A stretch of DNA of 64,000 nucleotides from Octopus bimaculoides. Taxonomy: Eukaryota. A program made the translations under genes and the position numbers. This document shows positions 25,975 through 38,789 of this stretch, piece after piece. The notes under the pieces are model-generated. The model ran no database searches and was not told the DNA's origin. It worked only from the letters and a program-made list of their open reading frames with translations. Every line of letters starts with the position of its first letter. Positions within the stretch are counted from its first letter, which is position 1. The stretch lies in NCBI RefSeq assembly GCF_001194135.2, contig NC_068990.1, positions 31,790,286 through 31,854,285 on the forward strand, read 5' to 3'.

Positions 25975-26960
25975 ATTATCATTTAACATCTGTTTTTCAA
26001 GCTGGCATGGATTGGGCAGTTTGACAAGATGGCCAGCAGAAGAGCTGCCCAGGCTCCATGTCTGTTTTGGCCTGATTTCTACAGCTGGATGCCCTTTCTA
26101 ACACCAGAGTGTACTGGGTGTTTTTAAGTGACGCCAGAATCAGTGCTTTTACACGGAAGAAGCACAGGTTCTTCTTACATGGAACTGGCATGGGTGCTTT
26201 ATACATGGTACCAGCACCCATGAGCCTGCAAGGTTAGGATTACTCAGCTGAAGAGGGATGAAGAGGACATGCCTTTATGTGAGGATATCCACAATTTTAC
26301 TTAGCTTGACATTTCTTCTCAACCACAGCAAACTAATAGAAGTCTCAGTCCCTTGTCATCTCCTCTGTGAAGCCCATCATCTGAGGATCCTTTTCATCCT
26401 ACTTCATCCTACATCTTCCTGGGTCTACCCCTTCCACAGGTCCCTCCACAATTAGAGATTGGCACTTCTTGGTGCAGCTGTCCTTATCCATAAGCATCAC
26501 TTGACCATACTAGTGCAGTCTTCTCTCTTGAACACTACATCTGATGTCTTGTATACCCAGTTTTCCTCTCGAATCACTTACACTGTCATATATGTACACT
26601 GACATTACCCATCCAGCAGAGCATGCTGGTTTCATTTCTTTCAAGCCTTGTCTTCAGTAGTAACAGCCCATATCCCACTGCCATGTAGCATAACTGTTCA
26701 TACACAAGCATCATACAATCTGCCTTTCACTCTGTGGCAGAGACCTTTTGTTACGAACAGAAGTAGTAGCTCTCTGAACTTTGCCCAGCCTGTTATTCTA
26801 ACAGCTATGCTTTTGGAATAACCTCCACCATTGCTAACTTGGTAACTTAAGTAACAGAAATTCTCTACGGCTTCTAAGGATCCTCCCAGACATTTTGAGG
26901 GTTCTATTTTCTGTACATCCCTGGTGTTTAACATATCTGCACATCTACCACATGTAAAGA
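25975..26960 (-). mobile_element. RTE LINE 3' fragment, degraded
   Basis: LEAVENFCYLSYQVSNGGG..WAKFRELL..KGRLYDACV, with a downstream 3' UTR matching the RTE tail family. Confidence 0.8.
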
Positions 26961-27544
26961 CTACTTTCTCTGTTAGTCTTCCAGTGATACCAGTGCATCT
27001 CCTATGTGTTCATGGCTTGCACTAGGTACACCTTACCTTATGGGGTTTCTTCCAACACCTTTTCTACATTTCAAGCAAGGCCATCTCCCTGAAGGGATCT
27101 CAGACTTGATTGTTTTCCTGCTTATTAGGACTTTGGTCTTTGTTAGGACTATATGTGTGTATAATTACAAACACACACATATATATATACACACACACAC
27201 AGTAAGTTTTATAAATTGACAAAAAAATAAAGTGTATAAAAATGCCTGCCTTTGAGGATCTCAAAAAAGAAAAATACCAATAAAGCAACAGTAAATGAAT
27301 TAAATGATGCCAGTCAGAAAGCAATACAGCAAATATGAGTCAACCAGTTTGTACTAAAGGGGTCTAATCAGGTCCACATTGTCAAGAAATATCTTCAGCA
27401 CACGATGAATCTCCTTGTTGCCATGGTGTTGTGTAAGTAAGTTTGAGATGTTTCAAATGATCTTAATTTTTTTTTTAAATATGGGGGTTTGACCACCATC
27501 TTTTCACTTCTCACGACATCCTGGGATCTCCTTTCCTCTTTATG

Positions 27545-27800
27545 AGACATGTGGTGCGAATGGATGAGGACAGCTGAGTGAAAAAGTGTCACACCCTAGC
27601 AGTTGAGGGAATCTGTGCAAGAGGTAGGCCCAGTAAAGACCTGGGATGAGGCGGTGAAGCATGACCTTCAAACACTGGGCCTCACCGAGGCAATGACTAG
27701 TGACTGAGACCTTTGGAAATATGCTGTGCTTGAGAACACCCAGCAAGCCAAATGAGACCATAATCCGTGGCCTATGCCAGTGGTGTAACCAGCCTACTTA
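27545..27800 (+). mobile_element. RTE LINE C-terminal fragment
   Basis: GHVVRMDEDS*VKKCHTLAVEG.. is nearly identical to the 22126-22200 minus-strand copy. Confidence 0.8.
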
Positions 27801-27863
27801 TGCGTTGCTTGCAAAGACCTGTTGAAGCAAGTGAAATCACAATTCAAAATCAAATTCACTGAC

Positions 27864-28178
27864 TACACCCAAATAAAGTATGGTCTGTGTTTGATGGGAT
27901 ACGAAGAATGACATCTATCATGAAGTATTAAACCAAAATGAAACAGTTAATGCCAGAGAGTATTGTCGTCAATTGGAAGCATTTCACAAAATATTCACAA
28001 AAAAACATGTCCATGATTACTCAATCAAAAGAGGGTGTTCTTACACGTTAATGCAAGGCCAAAAATTTCCCAAGTCACACAGGAAAAGATTATGGCTCTA
28101 AATACGGAAGTTTTGCTTCCTCCTCCGTAACTCTCATGACCTTGCTCCACCTGATTGTCATCTTTTCAGATTATTACA
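27864..28178 (+). mobile_element. Mariner transposase catalytic fragment
   Basis: LHPNKV.., NETVNAREYCRQL, FLHVNARP (HDNARP-like), SHDLAPPDCHLFR (SPDLAPSDYHLF-like). Confidence 0.8.
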
Positions 28179-28179
28179 T

Positions 28180-28545
28180 TTGATGATGAAAGACATGAGC
28201 GCACAGAGTGACCTATTCCTGAATGTAATGAAGACAAAGATCTTGGTGATGGATAAGTACAGAACAGACCAAGGTGACTTCACCGTAGACGGAGAGAGGA
28301 TTCAGGAAGTGGATGATTTTGTGTACTTGAGACCCACAATCAGCACCAATGGATCAAGCACACTAGAGATATGGAGAAGGCTCGCGATAGCGAGGCAAGC
28401 GGTACAAGGTATGGAGAACATCTGGAAGAGTCGTGGCATGTCAATGCTGCTGAAGATAAGGCTATTTGGGGCTGCCGCTTTCTCTATTGTGACGTACGGC
28501 TGCGAGTCGTGGACAATGTTGAAGGCAGAAGAAAAAAAGAGTGAA
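28180..28545 (+). mobile_element. RTE/BovB-like RT fragment
   Basis: LNVMKTKILV..IQEVDDFVYL..EIWRRLAIARQA..IW..KIRL....FSIVTYGCESWT. Confidence 0.85.
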
Positions 28546-31532
28546 AATTTTTGGAAAATAAGTATCTTTTAATGAAATTTTATACAAATACCTTTCAAAT
28601 GGTGTAGATTACGCTTGCAAGGAAATTTGCAGGCAAAATTTTTAGAAGGGGGCGTGAGGAGGAGTTTCGGATCAGACGGCCCACATAAGTTGGAATTTCT
28701 CCGTTTTGATGGGGATTTTTTCACCAATGTCTTCAGAATGATGGGAGGCATCTTTTTACGAAAAAAAATTTGAAAATTTGTGTTTTTTCACTCCCGCTTC
28801 CTCCTCCTCACCACCCAGTCCGAAATGATTTTGGCCTTTTTCTTTTTCTTTTTTTTTTTTTAGCACTACGCACTTAAACCCATAAGAGAAACACTTTCGG
28901 TTTAATAAAAATTGTTAATAATTTCAGAGGAAAATGTTTGATTTAAGGAAGATCCGGCTGTTGTTTCTAGCACATCCCAAAACCTCCTGCCTCGTTTCTT
29001 TCTCATTCACACATCTATTGATATTTTTTTATATTTTTCTCCCCATACCGACTGTATCATCGCCAGCGATAACAAGCAGTACAGCATGTCGTTTCCAAAT
29101 TTCTGGCAGAGTGAATTGCGTCATGGTGTTGTTGTTTTCACAGACGGTACCCAATTGACCCTACTATACTGTGTAGTCGACAAAATCAAAATCATGCGCG
29201 AAATTAAAAATATAAAATATCGACAATTTACCCATTGCACCCTACACTAACACACTCACACACACATATATATCCCAGTTTGTATAGAACAATATATTAA
29301 TGAAATTCCAACTTAGTCTGATTTCCACGTTTTATTTGTAATTTTTATAATTTTACAATATTGAAATAAACTAGTACTTTCATGCGTTACACAATCATCA
29401 GGTTTTTGTAGTGACAGTTGTGTTCCACAATTAACAACTCTGAGAGTTAACAATTAGAGCTTTGTTCTAAGCATCCAGAAGATTCCCGTATCCTCACGGA
29501 ATACAAACTTATTCAAATTTACAATCTTTATTTAGAAATAAATTGGATTATGTTTTAAAGCAATCTGTAGGAATACCAGGTGTGATATTATCTAGACATT
29601 TATAAAACTGTATGGACGACTTAATCGAGTATATTCTTTTAAAAAATTTACTTCATTCAAAAAGAGAAATTATTATGATATTTGCTTCTTCAATAACAAT
29701 TTTGTTAATTTTTTTCAATGTGAATACATCGGAAATAACCGTTTCACCAAGCTATTATCATGTTATTACAAAGCATTTTGTAAATGCAAACATGCTGTGC
29801 AGTGAAATATATAATTCACTTTTGTCGTTTCTTTTTATCGAAGTAATACCACATTGTAACGGATGCATTGAATCTGAAGATGATTCTATAAAGAAAAGTA
29901 AATTGCGATCATGTAAAAGTTGGTCCTGCAATCTCTTTAACTTAGATTTTAATCCCAAAAAGATTGGGGGGGGGGCATAATAAGTATATTATCATACAAA
30001 AGAAAAGAAAAACTGATTATAACATATGCTCTGCAATGTAAATAATGTAGTTACAATACCTTCGTTAACATTAAACACCAACACCTGAGGAGCTTTTGAT
30101 CGACTGTTATCTAGATTCAGAGAAACAAGTGCAATTATTGCAAATAGAAATGACACTAACAAATACAGAAAAGCAATAACTACTGCCTACATAACAGTGG
30201 TAACCAATGTAAAGTTGAAAGTGATGTAGTCAACTGTTATATTGCGTGATTATCTAATTGCAAAAAGAAAAATTTTTCAACTTTACACGAATGAACGATG
30301 AGGTACGACCTCATTATGACGGCTAAGCTAACTACGATTGTAAGGTCGTTAGTGCAATCTCTGATATACCAGGCGGTACTAATTCACAAATGTAAGCCAT
30401 AATGAAAAAAATGTGCTTTGAAGATTGAATCGGTTTTCATGGTTTCAAAATCGTGGATCATCTCTGTCACTAAATAGAAAGAGTCATAAATAATACGAAA
30501 GCAAATTTCTGATGCTTCCAGTAAGGTCAGTTATAGAATAATCTTTGTAACTAAAGGCGGTGTCTCGAAAGTAACAGTGACGTCAAGAATGAAACGTCAT
30601 CAAAAGCTTTCAATAATTTGTTCAGGGAAAATATATTAAAAGTTTCTGATAGTGTAAAGATTAAAAAAGAAAAAGAAAAAACTGAGCAAATTCGTACACC
30701 AGTTAGCATATGGATGAAGCTATGGATTTCGACAATTACGCTGGAAGTGTTAAACATTCACTCGAGAAAGTCTTTGAAATATTTACTTTGCTAGCAATCG
30801 TTTTTCTTTTCAATCAACTGGTAATCTGTGAACGCAAAGTCAACGAGATCAAACAAGAGGTTGTGTTTGCCAGTTTCCTCCTCGCCACATTTGCTGTCCT
30901 AAATATGTGTGTTTTGACGTTATTAATTATTCAAACAACCCAGAACGAAGGTATTTATTTCCAAAATAATGAATTACGATCACAGATGCATAGGGGTTAA
31001 CTACACGAGAAAGCAAAAAAAAAAAAAAAAAAAAAAAAAACAATATCTTGTTAAGATTAAGACAAGTTTTGGTATATTCCTACTTGAAAAGCAATAACTG
31101 CAGTAAAAGAAAGTGTGTGCTATTGCAATGCTTCGAATTAGTTGGGTAGATCAACATAACTGTCAATGTTTAATGTTTATAATGGTATTAAAGTAATTTT
31201 GAACTCTTCCTTTGGATTACTTATTCTATGTACAGAAGTTCTAAAAATAAATGAAATCTAATTGCATATAGAATTTTGCTTTGACGCCGCTTTTTCTGTC
31301 TCTTCTTGACCATTTATGGCACGGTGGTGTAGTAATTATTTGGAAGAAGCAATTTAAACTAAGGAAAATGTTAAAGAAAATAGTTCTGTACAAAATTATC
31401 TCTGATTGCAACACTGATTAGAATATATTATATTGGCAAGCGTATTAGAAACCTAACGAAGCTTACATATTCATCAAATGTGATATGTAAGACCTATTTT
31501 GGATTAATTTGTGTGTATATCTGAATAGTTGT

Positions 31533-31830
31533 GAAGGCGCGTGACTTAGTGGTTAGGGGCATTCGGCTTACTATCGTAAGGTCGTGAGTTCAATTCCTGG
31601 CGACGCGTTGTGTCCTTCAGCAAGACACTGTTTCACGTTGCTCCAATCCACTTAGCTTGCAAAAATGAGTAGTACCAGTATTTCATAGGGCCAGCCTTGT
31701 CACACTCTGTGTCAAGCTGAATCTCCTTGAGAACTACGTTAAGGGTACACGTGTTTTGTGGAGTGCTCAGCCACTTACACGTTAATTTCACCAGCAGGTT
31801 GTTCCGTTGATCATATCAGCTGGAACCNNN
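31533..31830 (+). mobile_element. tRNA-derived SINE, family D (CORE-like body)
   Basis: A-box tgacttagtgg, B-box gttcaattcc, then gttgtgtccttcagcaagacac..cacgttgctcca. Related copies at 32103-32258(-), 38000-38180(-), 41820-41995(-) and 54030-54270. Confidence 0.8.
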
Positions 31831-31878
31831 NNNNNNNCCTTCGTTTTATGTATTTATACATGATATATATATTTAACA

Positions 31879-32057
31879 GGCGCAGGTGTGGCTGTATGGT
31901 AAAAAGCTTACTTCCCAACCACATAGTCCCGGCTTCAGTCCCACTGCGTGGCACCTTGGCAAGTGTCTTCTACTATAGCCTCGGGCCAACCAAAGCCATT
32001 TGAATGGAGTTTGGTAGACGGAAACTGAAAGAAGTTCGTCGTATATAAATCTATATC

Positions 32058-32085
<28 letters not shown>
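31879..32085 (+). mobile_element. SINE family A, 5' half
   Basis: ggcgcaggtgtggctgtatggtaa..ggcaccttggcaagtgtcttctactatagcc. Confidence 0.85.
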
Positions 32086-32088
<3 letters not shown>

Positions 32089-32460
32089 CTTTGTATGACC
32101 TTTGAAATACAGGTCCAACTCATTTTTGCCAGCTGAGTGGACTGGAGCAACGTGAAGTAAAGTGTCTTGCTCAAGGACACAACGCGTCGACGGGAAATTG
32201 AACTCACGACCTTACGATCGTGAGCCGAATGTCCGTAACCACTAAGCCACGTGCCTCAGCACACACACATACCACATATGTGGGAAATTCTGTCTGTGTG
32301 TGTGTGTGTGTTTGTGGAGTTGTTAGCTAACTCCTCCTACATCGTTTTATCGATTTTGATGAAACTTGACACGTGAGTAGAACTTATGTCTGGAAACCTC
32401 GTGACATACTTAGATTGTTGAAAAACATCGATTATAGGACCCCTGGAAGGGATCCTTATA

Positions 32461-33769
32461 TCTACTACATATAACTAATATTTTTATTTAAACACCCAAG
32501 GGAAATAACCCATAGCACCTGCATTTACAATTGTTAGCTTTTAGCGAAGCGATTAATATTTGATTCTCAAGATCAGCAGACCTAATTCTGCATTTTACTA
32601 CTCACTGTTTTGAACTACTAAACCTTATTATTGCACTTTCTTGATTTGAATCTTAAACCTTAACTACTTCATTCATACATTTATATACATACATATATAC
32701 ATACATACATACATTTTTGCGCTAACCTTTCTATTGCACTTTCTTGATTTGAATAACATTAAAGACTTCATTCATACATTTATATACATACATACTTTTT
32801 TTACGCTTATATATACTACATTTATATATTAGCTTTAATAAAATAGCCTTGATAAAGTTAACCTTTAAAATGCCACGATGACTACGAGTACGAGCGGGTA
32901 CTTCTACTTTACAAGCTGCTCTAATGCAACAACAGCGATCTCAAGTAAGTCTCCGATTCATTATATTTGATATGTATTAAATCAAACAATTATTCTTTGT
33001 CTATTCTACTTCAATATCTAAACAGTAATATACATATTGCTGTAATTAATTTAGACATTGCATTAATAGACATTTTTCAACATCTCCAAATAACTAAATG
33101 CTGGCAATGCATGCAGGGTTTTCAATTACATTTGATTACACTTTGAATGCCCATAACTCCGATAGTTCTACATTTTTCCAGTTAAACTTTTTCGACGACA
33201 ATAGATCAATTTTTGATTCCAGAACGTATTTAATAAGTGTGTCCCAATCCTGCTTTTTCTCACGGACAGCTCTATGTCGGATGTTCGGAAAATTTATTCA
33301 TCTATGCACCAAAGGGAAAAACCAAAAACATTGTGTATCACGAAGCCTCGCAAGACTGAAATTTTGGAACAAAGATGTCTGTCCCGCTGACAAACTCTCT
33401 TGCTAACATCCGACAACCTCTCTTGCCAACCTCTGACAACCTCTCTCACCAACCTCCAAAAACTTCTCTCGACAACCTCCAGCAATCTCTCTTGACAACC
33501 TCTGACAATCTCTCGTGCAAACCTCCGACAGTCTCTCTTGCTAACCACCGACAATCTTTCTCGCCAATCTCCGAAAACCTCTCTCACCAACCTCCGACAA
33601 TCTCTTCTTTCTCCGGCTGACAGTTTTTTGTACTTTTTCGTGATGGAAAATACACCTTTTGTGGCAGTGATAACGAAATTGCTTTCTTATATCAGAGTAA
33701 TAAGGTGTCGAAATAAGGCGTTTAAATATAACATCTTTACCCCTGGGAATTACCGGGTACACCAGCTAG
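32461..33769 (+). mobile_element. Non-autonomous Helitron (internal deletion derivative)
   Basis: A|TCtactacatataa 5' end. RepHel C-terminus FSHGQLYVGCSENLFIYAPKGKTKNIVYHEASQD* at 33255-33359. 3' hairpin cctgggaattaccggg, then CTAG|T at 33766-33770. Confidence 0.85.
33387..33606 (+). repeat. 23-bp minisatellite, about 9.5 copies, inside the Helitron
   Basis: Consensus ccgacaacctctctcgccaacct. Unit starts fall every 23 nt from 33387 to 33594. Confidence 0.9.
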
Positions 33770-36143
33770 TACATTNNNNNNNNNNNNNNNNNNNNNNNNN
33801 NNNNNNNNNNNNNNNNNNNNNNNNNNNNNNNNNNNNNNNNNNNNNNNNNNNNNNNNNNNNNNNNNNNNNNNNNNNNNNNNNNNNNNNNNNNNNNNNNNNN
33901 NNNNNNNNNNNNNNNNNNNNNNNNNNNNNNNNNNNNNNNNNNNNNNNNNNNNNNNNNNNNNNNNNNNNNNNNNNNNNNAAAATAACTTAATCTTGATAGG
34001 GAAGAAACTCATGCCTTTCGATTAAACACAGTAACTTGACAACAGAAAATTACGATTTGTTTTTTACAGTAAACGTTTCTATTTTCGCTTTTGTTAAATA
34101 CAATACTTTAATCCTTTAGAGATATTTTTAAGTTAATGTGATTTCAAAAATGTAAGTTGTTTGTACATAAGTATTTACATTTTAGCTTTCTTTAAACAGA
34201 CAATATTTTAATATTTTAAAAATTATTTTCAAGTGCATTACAAAGTTTCTTTGGCATATTTAAAAAAATATTTTAAAGTGAAAATAACTTTTAAAATACG
34301 GTAAATATTTCGTAAAAGACCCGTTTGTAACCTCGGTGGGAAATAGGTTTCTTTCGAGTGCATTCAACGTATCTCACTTCCAAAGATTTGGCTACTAATT
34401 CTAGCACTCCCTGTTACCACGTAACAGCTATTTGCGATAAAGAACCCGAAATACCTGCTACATGGTAGCAAGGCATGCAAGAAATAGCAGCCAAATCTTT
34501 CCTTTTGTGGGGAAACGAGGCCGTTTCGATGTCACATTCGTTGAAAGCATGCGAAATAACCTGGAAAAGAAAAAAAAACCATGAATCAAAACTCCGCTGT
34601 TGGATAACGCAGACTTTCCCGGTAACCCAACGGGTCAGTAGTAGTCTAGTATATATGTATTTCTTTACATGTATGTATGTATGTTATTATTCAGTTTTAT
34701 TTCAAGATTTCATGCCAATAGAGAAAGAGTCGATTTCTAACCTAGATCCAAGGCTCCTTCATTAGAATTTCAAGATCAACAACAGGGTATTTTTGTATGT
34801 ATGTATGTATAGTTCACTTATTAATAGAATCAGCGAAAAAGTAGTCACTCTAGCGACAGACGAATAGCATTTAATGAATATGGGCTATTTCAAGTTTATT
34901 ACTCGGGTAGGGCGATAAGTGGACGGGCTTGTATTACGTACGGTCCACTATCCGGTTATGATTCAAGCTACACTGTGAGAAAACTCGAGAAAAAATACTT
35001 CAAATATACACAATGTCGATAGTTCAGTTACTGCAGTATTTATCATGAGAGAACATTCCTTATGGACGTACCGCGTTAAAAGAAACAATAAATATAATGA
35101 GATGAAACAACCAGAGGGAATGCCCAACCTTTTTGGGATCTTTTCATTAGCATGTACTTGTAGCCAGCCACATACTCCAGTGAGAATTCGTCGCTTCAGG
35201 TGTAGGAAAAAGTGAATAAAATATTCATTGATATTGCGAATAAGCGCCCGACTGAATAAAAATCCTGTATACGCAATTGAGGCAGTTGTAAACCAAAATA
35301 GCCATCTGTGACTCATACAATGTCAATAGGGAAGTTACTGCAGTATTTATCCAGAGAACATCTCTTATGAACGTGTTGTTAAAAAAGAAATCCTCTCCTC
35401 TCAATTTATGACTTTCTCAATTCTCTATTCTGTGTTCTTTTCCATAGATTTTGTATGCAAACGTACAGATACAATAATCCCATTTCTTTTCAACTCTATC
35501 CATTCATACATCTTCCTTTCTTTACCTTTCCCGCTACCTCACTTTATATATCTCCTCTTTTTTCCTTTTTTCTCCTTTCTCTCTCTCTCTCTTTCTCTTT
35601 CCTTCTCCCTTCTTTCTCCCTCTCTATACATATTCATCCCGCTAATATAGTAGATGACTTGCTGCTCTGATCATATAAACTGAAATATTTCCATCAACTG
35701 GTTCATATTTTTTAATGTAGCAACTGAGGAGGATCTTACATAATGGATGCATTCCCTATTGTATATTATGCAGACCTAAAATGTATGTATCAGAAGATTT
35801 CAAAAGACTTCATTATTCCAACTTATATACTGAGTACATTAAGGTCTAACACTATGTTTTTAGCATTGGTATGCTTAAGTGAAATAATAATAACAACAAC
35901 AACAGCAACAACAATAATAATTGGGGACGGCAAGGATTTTGAGATTGGTACTTGTATGTTAATCATGGAAAGAGACTTTGTGAGACTCTTGACAACAAGT
36001 TGTTGTCCACTCTTACAGAATTAGTCAGAACATGTTAAATCAAGAGCTCTGAGGAGTGAAATGAAAATAATAATGATAATAATAATCTCTTAATATAATA
36101 ATGAGTGTAGTGTTTTTATATGGTTGCATATATACATATATAT

Positions 36144-36317
36144 ATTTTAAAAATAACGTCGACTACTAACGTGGACAATTAATGCGCTAGAAATAGATCA
36201 CATTTTGTGTCTATTAAGACCTATGTTGAGAACTTTTTAGGTCTTAATAGACACAAAATGTGATCTATTTCTAGCGCATTAATTGTCCACGTTAGTGGTC
36301 GACGTTATTTTTAAAAT
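36144..36317. repeat. Near-perfect inverted repeat, 80-bp arms, 14-nt loop
   Basis: Arms 36144-36223 and 36238-36317 with one mismatch; loop tgttgagaactttt. Confidence 0.92.
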
Positions 36318-36900
36318 GTACCTTAATCCCCTGAGATTGCAGATAATATTTCTGAATCTCTTTGATTCTTTAAATGTGCTGGCCCCCTGATAATTAATCG
36401 ATATTAATTAATATATTAATATATGACTAATTACCAGATCTTATAATAATATATATATATATATATATATATTTGTCCAAAATCCTGCAGGAGTGAATGG
36501 TGAAGGGAGAGAAGAGAAAATAGGAATTCAGTGAAGGAGAAGTAGTGAGAGTAATACCCATGACTGAGAGGGAGTGAGAGAAAGTGATAGCAATGTGAGA
36601 GAGCGTCGTGTATCTTCTTTCTCCATCACAACATAGGAATGAGAAAGGAAGGGATGATGCACCAATGGAAGTGAGATGGTGAAAAATCAACGGTGAAACA
36701 AAAATCAAACAGCACTTTAACTCTNNNNNNNNNNNNNNNNNNNNNNNNNNNNNNNNNNNNNNNNNNNNNNNNNNNNNNNNNNNNNNNNNNNNNNNNNNNN
36801 NNNNNNNNNNNNNNNNNNNNNNNNNNNNNNNNNNNNNNNNNNNNNNNNNNNNNNNNNNNNNNNNNNNNNNNNNNNNNNNNNNNNNNNNNNNNNNNNNNNN

Positions 36901-36973
<73 letters not shown>

Positions 36974-37145
36974 AATAAACAGATACACTTCATAAGGAAG
37001 GAAGTGGACTGTGACATAGTATAGAAAACCACATTCACTACAGACTATGCTATTCACACATATAAATGTATACATATGTACACACACACAGAGTTGAAAC
37101 ACTTTTGATTTTTTTTCACCTTTTTGTACCCTTTTTTTATATGAA

Positions 37146-37330
37146 ATACAGAAAGTAGCACTACTAGGCACCGCACACATCCTATGTAAAACACTTTCAA
37201 TACAATAAAGATAAGAGCATCACTACAAACCACAGCATATACCCAAGGCACACGGAGCTACACTCGGTAGTGCAGTGAAAACATGTGATAAAAATAAGAC
37301 TACTGAATAATAATAATAATAATAATAATA
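37146..37330 (+). mobile_element. R4/Dong-like LINE extreme 3' end with (AAT)n tail
   Basis: IQKVALLGTAHILCKTLSIQ*, followed by the same 3' UTR as 38590-38700. Confidence 0.75.
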
Positions 37331-37344
37331 ACAATAACAATAAT

Positions 37345-37862
37345 AGTTATACTAGGATGCAGTACCAGGTACTGGCTCACATGGCTTCCGATCTTAATTG
37401 AATGGAAGTGTTATCCTGTACATGTTTTGTCTTGGTATAAAAGATGGGCTACAGCAAATATTCTACTCAATACCTCAGATTTGCTTGTCAGTTGCTTGAC
37501 CTTAACCAGTTGAGCATGTCCCTTGGTGGCTGACAATATCTGCATCGCTGAAGTAATGGGGGGGGGGTGCATCATAGCCATATGTTGAAAAGAATTCTTT
37601 GGGATTTGAATTATTCACTTCTAGAAGCATGGGTATTTCATTCAACATCCTTTGGGTTACTCGACCTGAAGAAAATTCTAACAAGGTCCTACCTGCAACG
37701 TCTTGCACTATATATCTTCATATGAGACCACCATGCTGCACACATGGTTGTGATGCATGTGCCTAGTGTACCCTTATCAGACAGGTAGTCATGATGGGTA
37801 TAGTGGGCTTCATATATTTTTCCCCAGTGTCACTTTGATGGCATGCACTGCTCTCTCATTCA
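37345..37862 (-). mobile_element. Interspersed repeat (SINE-like), same family as 3912-4232
   Basis: Direct reverse-complement similarity. Confidence 0.65.
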
Positions 37863-38227
37863 ATAATAATAATAATAATAATATTAATGGTGGACTCTCC
37901 CATCAAAGATGACATATGAACGCTCAGCTTTTACCAAACGACCTGCACAAATGTTTTGCCTATAGTGATTAAATATATGTTACACATTAGCTCACTCACT
38001 CCATAATATCGAATGAACAGGTGCACAGTGTACCACGTATCAGGCATTGAAGTGATTGTACAGCAATGTATGAGGAAGTGTTTTGCTCAAAAACACAACG
38101 CACCACCCGGTCTAGGAATTAAAACCACAATCTTGCAATCATGAGTGGAACACCCTAACCACTAGGCCATATGCCCTCATGTAATAGTAATAATAATAAT
38201 GATAATAATAATAATAATAATAATAAG

Positions 38228-38705
38228 CAACCATACTCTGGGATATGCCAATACACACAGATAGAGAAATTAAGGCCAATAAACCAGATATAGTTGTCAA
38301 AGATCATGAAGGAAAAAAATGCTTTCTAATTGATGTATCAATACCAGCAGATGACGTTTCCCTAAAAGAAATGGAGAAACTTTCAAAATACAAAGACCTG
38401 GAAATACAGGTAACTCGAATGTGGAATCTAAAAACAGAAGCAATTCCTAGTAGGTGCCTTAGGTATAATAAAAAAATATTCAGACAAATACATAACAAAA
38501 TCACCAGGACTTACAAATACATATAACATACAGAAAATTTCACTACTGGGCACTGCACACATCCTACGCAAAACACTTTCAATACAGTAACCATAAGAGC
38601 ATCACAGCAAACCACAGCACATACCCAAGGCACACAGAGCTGCGCTCGGTAGTGAAGTGAAAGCACGTTATAAAAAGAAAACTACTGAATAATAATAATA
38701 ATAAT
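38228..38705 (+). mobile_element. R4/Dong-like LINE 3' fragment (RLE domain)
   Basis: PIHTDREIKANKPDIVVKD..CFLIDVSIP..KEMEKLSKYKDLEI (PD-D/E-K restriction-like endonuclease), then an (AAT)n tail. Confidence 0.88.
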
Positions 38706-38789
38706 AATTTTTAGCAGCAGCACAAGATCAAGTAACAATTTACTTCCACAAGAGCAGAAGGGATGCAGGAAACAAAGTAGGGTAACAAG

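Noticed and set aside
30080-30145. acacCTGAGGA...GAAAcaagtgca hammerhead-like spacing
   Set aside because: Stem II does not close next to the core and there is no NUH triplet in register.
31533-31605. tRNA-like sequences (also at 51427 and 51846)
   Set aside because: They have A/B boxes but no acceptor stem, and they run into SINE bodies, so they are SINE heads and not tRNA genes.
33387-33606. Regularly spaced repeats as a possible CRISPR array
   Set aside because: Contiguous 23-bp tandem units with no unique spacers, no cas genes and a eukaryotic context.
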